Shown here piece after piece: positions 56,948-64,000 of a DNA stretch of 64,000 bases; position 1 is the stretch's first letter; each line of letters starts with the position of its first letter. The notes under the pieces are model-generated. The model was not told the DNA's origin. It saw only the letters and a program-made list of their open reading frames with translations, and made no database searches. Made by a program: the position numbers and the translations under genes. This DNA is from the human T2T-CHM13v2.0 reference genome, Homo sapiens. The stretch is taken from assembly GCF_009914755.1 (NCBI RefSeq), contig NC_060934.1. One strand, 5' to 3'.

Positions 56948-57157
56948 AAATGGGTCTCAACTGGGTGGGGGGGATTGTCATTTGTCAACATCTGGATATA
57001 TTTTTGGTTGTAACAATCCAGGATGAGGGCTGTTACTGGCGTCTAGTGGATAGAGGCAAAGATATTACTAAAGATCCTACAATGCACAGCACAGTCCCCT
57101 ACAAGAGAAAATTTTCTGGCCCCAAATGTGAATAGTGCTGAGGTTGATATAACCCTG
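56948..57157 (+). mobile_element. MER20 hAT MITE
   Basis: tgggtctcaac...tactggcgtctagtggatagaggcaaagat...ggccccaaatgtgaatagtgctgaggttga...ccctg; 8-bp TSD atttatac/atttatat. Confidence 0.88.
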
Positions 57158-58511
57158 ATTTATATAAACAAAATTGCACTAGCTCTAATTGCTTAAGTCA
57201 TCTAGCCATTGGTGTACATGGCTATCTCTCAGGCATGTGTTAGAAAAGATTTGTGTGTGTGTGTGTGTGTGTGCACGCACGTGCATGTGCACAGGAAATT
57301 AGGCTATTTCTATAATCTGTTGAACTGTAAGGTCCTAGGCTACCCATTTATTTTACTCTTTTGGAGACTGTTACCCAGAAGAGGCCCATGGAACTATTGA
57401 AATCTGGCAAATATGAAGGTTAATGCTTTTTAGAACACATCTTAGGATGACATATGGCATCAGTGAGAGGACAGCTTCTGGTGGTCTCCATACCCAGTGT
57501 AAGTAGGATCAAGTTTGAGGGTAAGAGAAGGCCAAAGGGAAAGTTGTTTTCTGCTCTTTCTGGATGCTGTTTATTAGTAAAGCTAAGTCATTTTATTATA
57601 TCTGTATATTTAAGAAATCATAGAAATTCAATGACTTAAAACATTTTCATGATTTGTTATCTTGATTGCAGTTGTAATTTCATGTAATATCTGTCTAAAT
57701 TGATAAGAGTTAATAATTTAAATATGCGCAGTTTATTGTATGTAATTTTCCTCAATAACATTGTAAAAATTGTATACAATATACATTAGTACATTCTCAC
57801 TGTAGAAAGTTCAAACAGTGTGTATTTTACCAAACTTGACAGTTATCCACCTCTCCTCACTCCTACTCCCCTTCCCTCTGGTAACACTGTTGAGTTTGGT
57901 TATTTAAATACATATGCAAGTATTTTACATATATCATGTAAACATGGTCATGTAAATGAAATCATAATTTTTTTCCTTCCTTTTTTTCACTTTCTATCAC
58001 ACCTTGGCATTCTTCTTATAGGTCTATTTCATTCTTTTTTTGTGGCTACATTTAATTTTATAATGTGTCATCCATTATTTAATCACTTAATTTTAAGGGT
58101 TTTTTTTTCTCTTTTGCAAACAGCAAAAATACTTTGTGTATACACATGATCATTATGTCTATAATCTGAACGTTTAGAAGTAGGATTGCTGAATAAAAGC
58201 TAACACATGTTGCGATTTGGATGGCTACTGCTAAATTGCTTGCTACCAAGGGCAACAGCTTACACTCTAGTCAATATTTGGGAGGGCCCTTTTTCACAGC
58301 TTTGACAATAAGGAATATTATCAATCTCTTAAGTTTTGCTAATTTGACAGACAAAAATAAATTTTGTTCAGGATGGATGTCTTTGTTTTTATCATTTTGC
58401 ATTGGAAATTTGTATTTTTTATTTTGTATTGGATTAGGTATCTCGTTGATTTGTAGGAGCATTTTACATCTTATGAATACTAACTGTTTCATATATTTAT
58501 AAAGCATTGTC

Positions 58512-59333
58512 AATGATTAAACATAGAATTACTATATAATCCAGCAATTCCAGTTCTGGGTATGTGCTGAAAACAAATGAAAGCAGAGACCTGAACATAT
58601 TCTTGCACACCAATGTTCATAGTTGCATAATGCACAACAGCCAATAGGTAGAAGCAATTGAAGTATCCACTGGCAGATGAATGGATGAACAGAATGTGGC
58701 CTATATAGACAATGGAATATTATTCGGCGTCAAAATGGAAAGACATTCTGGTACATGTTACAACATGGATAAACCTTGAGAACATTAGACTAAGTGAAAT
58801 AAGACAGTCACAAAAGGACAAATAATGTATGATTCCATTTATATGATGTGATGGTTAATACTGAGTGTCACCTTGATTGGATTGAAGGATGCCAAAGTAT
58901 TAATCCTGGTGGCTTTGTGAGGGTGTTGCCAAGGGAGATTAACATTTGAGTCAGTGGGCTGAGGAAGGCAAACCCATCCTTAATCTGGTGGGCACAATCT
59001 AATCAGCTGCCAGTGATATAAAGCAGGCAGAAAAACGTGAAAGGCAAGACTGGCTCAGCCTCCGAGCCTACATCCTTCTCCCGTGCTGTGTGCTGGATGC
59101 TTCCTGCCTAGCCTCCTAGCCTACATCTTTCTTCTGTGCTGGATGCTTCCTGCCGTCAAACATTAGACTCCAAGTTCTTCAGTTTTGAGACTCGGACGGG
59201 CTCTTCTTGCTCCTCAAGCTTACAGACAGCCTATTGTGGGACCTTGTGATAGTGTAAGTTAATACTTCATAAACTCATATATATACACATAATAAACTCA
59301 TATGTGTGTGTATGTGTATGTATATACACATAA

Positions 59334-59392
<59 letters not shown>

Positions 59393-59685
59393 TGTCCCAC
59401 TAGGGAACCCTGACTAATAAATATAAGGTACCTAGAACAGTCACATTTATAGAGACAGAAAGTGGAATGGTAGTTGCTGGTGGCTGGGGTAAAGAGGGAA
59501 TGGAGAGTCATTGTTTAATGAGGTTCACAGTTTCAGCTTGGGAAGATAAAAATTTTCTAGAGATGGATGGTGGTGATGGTTGCAGAAAAATGTGAATGTT
59601 CTAAAAGCCCCTGAACTATACACTTAAAAAATGGTAAAAATGGCAAATTTTATATTTTTTACCAAAATAACAAAATGGAAAATAA
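58512..59685 (+). mobile_element. L1MB 3' fragment, split by MLT2A
   Basis: catagaattactatataatccagcaattccagttctgggtat...cagtttcagcttgggaagataaaaattttctagagatggatggtggtgatggttgc...ctgaactatacacttaaaaaatgg. Confidence 0.88.
58847..59421 (+). mobile_element. MLT2A (HERV-L) solo LTR
   Basis: tgtgatggttaatactgagtgtcaccttgattggattgaaggatg...ttctgtcccactagggaaccctgactaata; TSD tatga/tataa. Confidence 0.92.
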
Positions 59686-62600
59686 AAACATTGTTTTGTT
59701 TCTAAACTTTGTGTTTTCATTATTGACCCATTTTTAAAAATTATTCACCATGTTGGTTTAATTACTATAGCTTCATAGTATATTTGATGGTAGGGCAGCA
59801 ATACAGTTTTTGTTGTTTTCAAATATTTTTCTTACTCTATTATAATATTTGTTCCATATAAATTTTCAAATCCACTCATCCACTTCTATTTTTAAAGTAT
59901 TGTTGGAATTATACTGAATTTAGAGATAAATATATCTGGGGAGATATATCATAGTTATTATCCAGAATATTTTGGTTAATCACATTATTCTTACTTTTCT
60001 AAGTATAGAAAAATAATTTTTACTATTGAAAATTATTCTTATTTATAAAATGTTTTGTAATTTTTTACACCTATACTCTCTCTTCAATTTTTCTGTAATA
60101 CATTATTTCATCAATAGTAGCAATTTTAAAACTGCTTATTCACATGATACACACTCAGGCATTCTCTATTGCACAATGTATTAACTGTTTACTAATTTTT
60201 TCTTTCCTTGGAAAAATGACTTAATTTGTACAAAATTAGAATAGAAATTTTGTTACTCTAATAACATAATAACACAGATATATTATTTTTTAAATTAACA
60301 AGTATACATATTTCGATTTGCAAGGTTAGCTTGTCAGAGTACTCTATTTCTTTAAGCAACTTAATTATTTTAACCTGATTTTCCCGGTGAATAAATTTTC
60401 ACACTCAAAGAGAAAAGCAGTCTTTATAGGAGAAGTGAAAAAAGAGGCTAATTTTAAATGAACATTAAACCCAGTGAGGAGACTATAGTCTTGCTTTACT
60501 GGTGCCACAGATAACATTTGGTTGTTTTCAAATATCTTTTTGGAAGCTTCCATATGTTATTTATTGTAAAAATGTCCCTGGTTATGGCATTATATTAAAT
60601 CAGCACCTCTTAGTATAAAACTTCAAGTCCTCGGAGAGGCATTCCAAAAGGCCCTCCATATGTACTTTCCAGCAAGCATGTGGCCTTGTCTTGCCCCACC
60701 CATCACACCACCTTCCTATCCCCTGACCAGTTACACAAACAGGTGCCTGAGCTTTTCAGAGAACATGTTCATAGAAGAAGCCATTCAGAGAGATTATACA
60801 TATACTCAGAAAGGCTCTTTCTTAGTGACAGTTTTTGGTTAGTTTTAAATTATAGAAATTTAGCTGGTTTTTACATTTGTTTGGAAAATTGTTTCTTTGG
60901 CTTCAACAAAGTGGGCATGTGTCAAATTTGTTATTTGGTGATTTTGGCTTTCTGTGAATTGCTTTTTGGCAAATTAAATTGTGGAGAATTGACCAAGGCT
61001 ACCCCAACTTTCTCTCTCTCTCTCTCTCTCTCTCTCATGTGAAGACACACTCACATCTTACTGATTGTTCCTTCTCCTTCCTCTGTCATATGATGGCACT
61101 TTGAGAAAAAGCCTTCTAGTTTTTTCACTATTGCTCCACCATTAGTCATGTGCATATCTGTGTCCCCTAACCCTAGAGCAGCTCCTTCTGCACTCTCCTG
61201 AGTTTCTTGAGGGCAGATACTCTTACTAATCTCTGTATCCTCAATGTCTAGCAGAGGGCCTGGGACCTGTAGAAAAGCGAGCAAAAAAAAACTTTTTGAA
61301 AGAATGAGATTAAATACATCTGCTCAGGTAATACAAACATTTATTTTTAATTTCCCTTTCTGAGGAACAATGCCAGATTCATGATATCCTTAATAAAAAG
61401 ATTCCTGGCATAAGTGGCTCTTCGCCTGTGTCTTTCCTAGAATGCTAATTTGACATTTGCACAAAAGGTAGATCAGTTTGTCTGACTGTGGAGGGGCAGA
61501 TGTTGTCAGTCTTGATTGATGATGATGCTCTAGAGTCTAACCCTCAGCCACTTGTGGCATTTCCCATCTGGTCTTCACACCACTCCATTTCTGCTATTAA
61601 CATTAAACTATCCAAATATTCGAATTGAGACTTTTAAAGGAATAGTTTGTTTTTTACTGACCTACCCAAGCTAGAGGAATGATTTATAAGAAAAGAAAGT
61701 TACTGTGACTGAAATAGACACACACACACATACACATGGGTGGGGTGTACACACACACACACACACACACCAGCACCACCTTATGTTACCCCGAGGTATT
61801 CCTGGCAGTTTCTTGCTGATTTTAGCCACAGTCTGAGTAATGTCTGCTTGCCTGAGTGTTGTAAAGTTATCTCCCTTTATTAGATGAACTCTTGAATGAA
61901 GGCTGGCGGTACTGTGTCTTCCTAGTTCAATATCTGTTGTCTTTCTGCCGCCTCTCTGCAGACTAGAGGTGGCTGCAAAGGATGCCGTGGAAACGAGAGA
62001 GGAGTGCTGAACCAAAGCATTTTTCAATGCAAAGACTTCTCATTGTAACTCATAGAGTTCTTTAAAATTGTTTTGGGGAAGTTTTGAGTGTTACTCTGGC
62101 CTTCTCACTTTTATTAAGGCTGCTAAAATGGAGCCATATATAACACAGATTTGAAAACATAATCAATATAGCACTTGGAATTGTTACTTGTAAATATGAG
62201 AATTCTAACATCTCCTGGAATATTGCAAGTTCTGTGAAACTATTTTTTTACAAAAGCAAATTATAATTTATTTTTATAATAACTGCCTGGACATTCTGAT
62301 AAAATCATTTCCAAATAAATTTGTCCTCATTGAATCTAAAATAGTAAATGAACTATTTAACTAACTATGCAATTTTGATTAGAGACCAAGAAAATCATGA
62401 CAGTTATAAAGGCTTGAGAGACTATCAAAATAGAGTGCTCCTTATGCCTAGCTTTTTTTTTTTTTTCTTTTACATGGACACTGCTAATTGGAAATAACTT
62501 GAGATAAGCTCAGATGAATGTTTCCATTAACACAAAGCAGTTGGGGAAGACTAAGGCCAGAGGTTATTTTATTATATTCTTAAAAGACATATATGTCTTA

Positions 62601-63129
62601 TAAGGTTTGGCTTTTGTTCTTAAAATACTAGACCATTCAAAAATTGTTATTAAATATATTCAATAAAACAAGAAGTACCTAATTTTTTTTGGAAGGGAAA
62701 GAAAATCTATAAATAATGGCTAAGTGAAGGGAGGTCGCAGACTGTCTAAATTCAGCCATGTTCCTGCCTTGTTACTGACCATTTTATTGCAAAGTGAAAC
62801 AGTGTGACATATTGCACTGGAATAATGATCCTGAAAAGCAGGAAATAATAGCTTTAAGTTAGGGAATATACTAGCATACAAACCAGGTATTAAATCTTAT
62901 TTGTGTAAAAATGCATGTTTTTACAAAAATGCTTTTATGAATGAATTGAGTATTTTATGAGGGATACACAAATAAATGTTACTAGTGAATGATTGCCTCC
63001 AGAAAAGGGAACTGGAGAACAGGGATGGGAGAGAGACTTACCTTTCAATGTACATTCTCTTGTACTTCCTGAATTCTATATCACATGCATGTATTTTCTA
63101 TTAAAATTATTTATTTAAAAAATGCTCTA

Positions 63130-63428
63130 GCTGGGTGTGGTGGCTCAGGCCTGTAATAGCTATACTTTGGGGGGTTGAGGCAAGCAGATCACTTGAGGCC
63201 AGGAGTTCAAGACTAGCCCAGTCAAAATCACGAAACCCCATCTCTACAAAAAATACAAAAATTAGCTAGACGGGGTGGCACAGTCCTGTAATCCCAGCTA
63301 CTTGGGAGGCTGAGGCATGAGAATCGCTTGAACTCAGGAGGCAGAGGTTACAGTGAGCCGAGATCGTGTCACTGCACTACAGCCTGGGTGACAGAGCGAG
63401 ACTCTGAGATTCTGTCTCAAAAACAAAC
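63130..63428 (+). mobile_element. Alu (S/J)
   Basis: Full dimer with short tail; TSD-like aatgctcta/aatgttcta. Confidence 0.93.
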
Positions 63429-63699
63429 AATGTTCTAAGCAGACAACTCCAATTTCTATCATTTCTACAATCAAACAAATATTCAAATCAAAAACTAAAC
63501 TCAAAAAAGATTTGTATTTAAAAAAGAAAAATCTTCCAAGTCTCCTCAAATACATGACATTAGGATTTGAACTCAAAGGTAACATGATGTAGGAGCACTT
63601 ATTTTCCACGGATAACTATGGAAACACATTCAGTTAATTAATAAGACTCCAAAATTATTTAAGTATATACTTATAGTGAAATACTTTATAAAAAATAAA

Positions 63700-63800
63700 T
63701 AATACTACGCAAGAGAGTTATTAATATTTTACAGATGAGAAAACTAAGGGTCAGCTGACTACATAATTTATTCAAAGTCACAAGGCTGGTCCTCTACATA
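63700..63800 (-). mobile_element. MIR fragment
   Basis: ttttacagatgagaaaactaaggg...ttcaaagtcacaaggct. Confidence 0.65.
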
Positions 63801-64000
63801 GGGCAAATTATAGTAACATTTCTGCTGTGTAGTAAACTAATGAATGATTTCAATCCTTACTAGAACCTATGTTTGGAAGATTTACACTTCAGTCACTTTA
63901 GTGTTTTGCTTTAAACATAAACATCTTTTATGGAAGGCTGTTCATATTGTCATCAGTATGCTTTAAGCAGTTCATAATTTATAGCAATGTTTAATGTTGC

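Overview
Repeat-rich, AT-rich mammalian (primate, very likely human given AluY, THE1 and LTR12) non-coding DNA, either intergenic or deep intronic. I found no intact protein-coding gene; the supplied ORFs are repeat-derived or spurious. Main components are a full-length THE1 MaLR provirus with TSD (1067-3446), a disabled processed pseudogene of MIX23/CCDC58 (41309-42011, minus), an LTR12 (ERV9) solo LTR with 7 CCAAT boxes (42438-43263), and an ERV-L internal remnant with integrase and dUTPase homology split by an AluY. There are also about 13 Alus and many L1, L2, MIR, MLT and MER relics. The most striking unexplained structure is a 349-bp near-perfect inverted repeat at 49561-49909. It has 155-bp arms, 4 mismatches, no indels, and a 39-nt spacer that contains its own 16-bp palindrome. 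It is not a transposon I recognise and lies about 6.3 kb downstream of the LTR12 promoter. Repeat subfamily names come from recalled consensus sequences and need RepeatMasker/Dfam confirmation.
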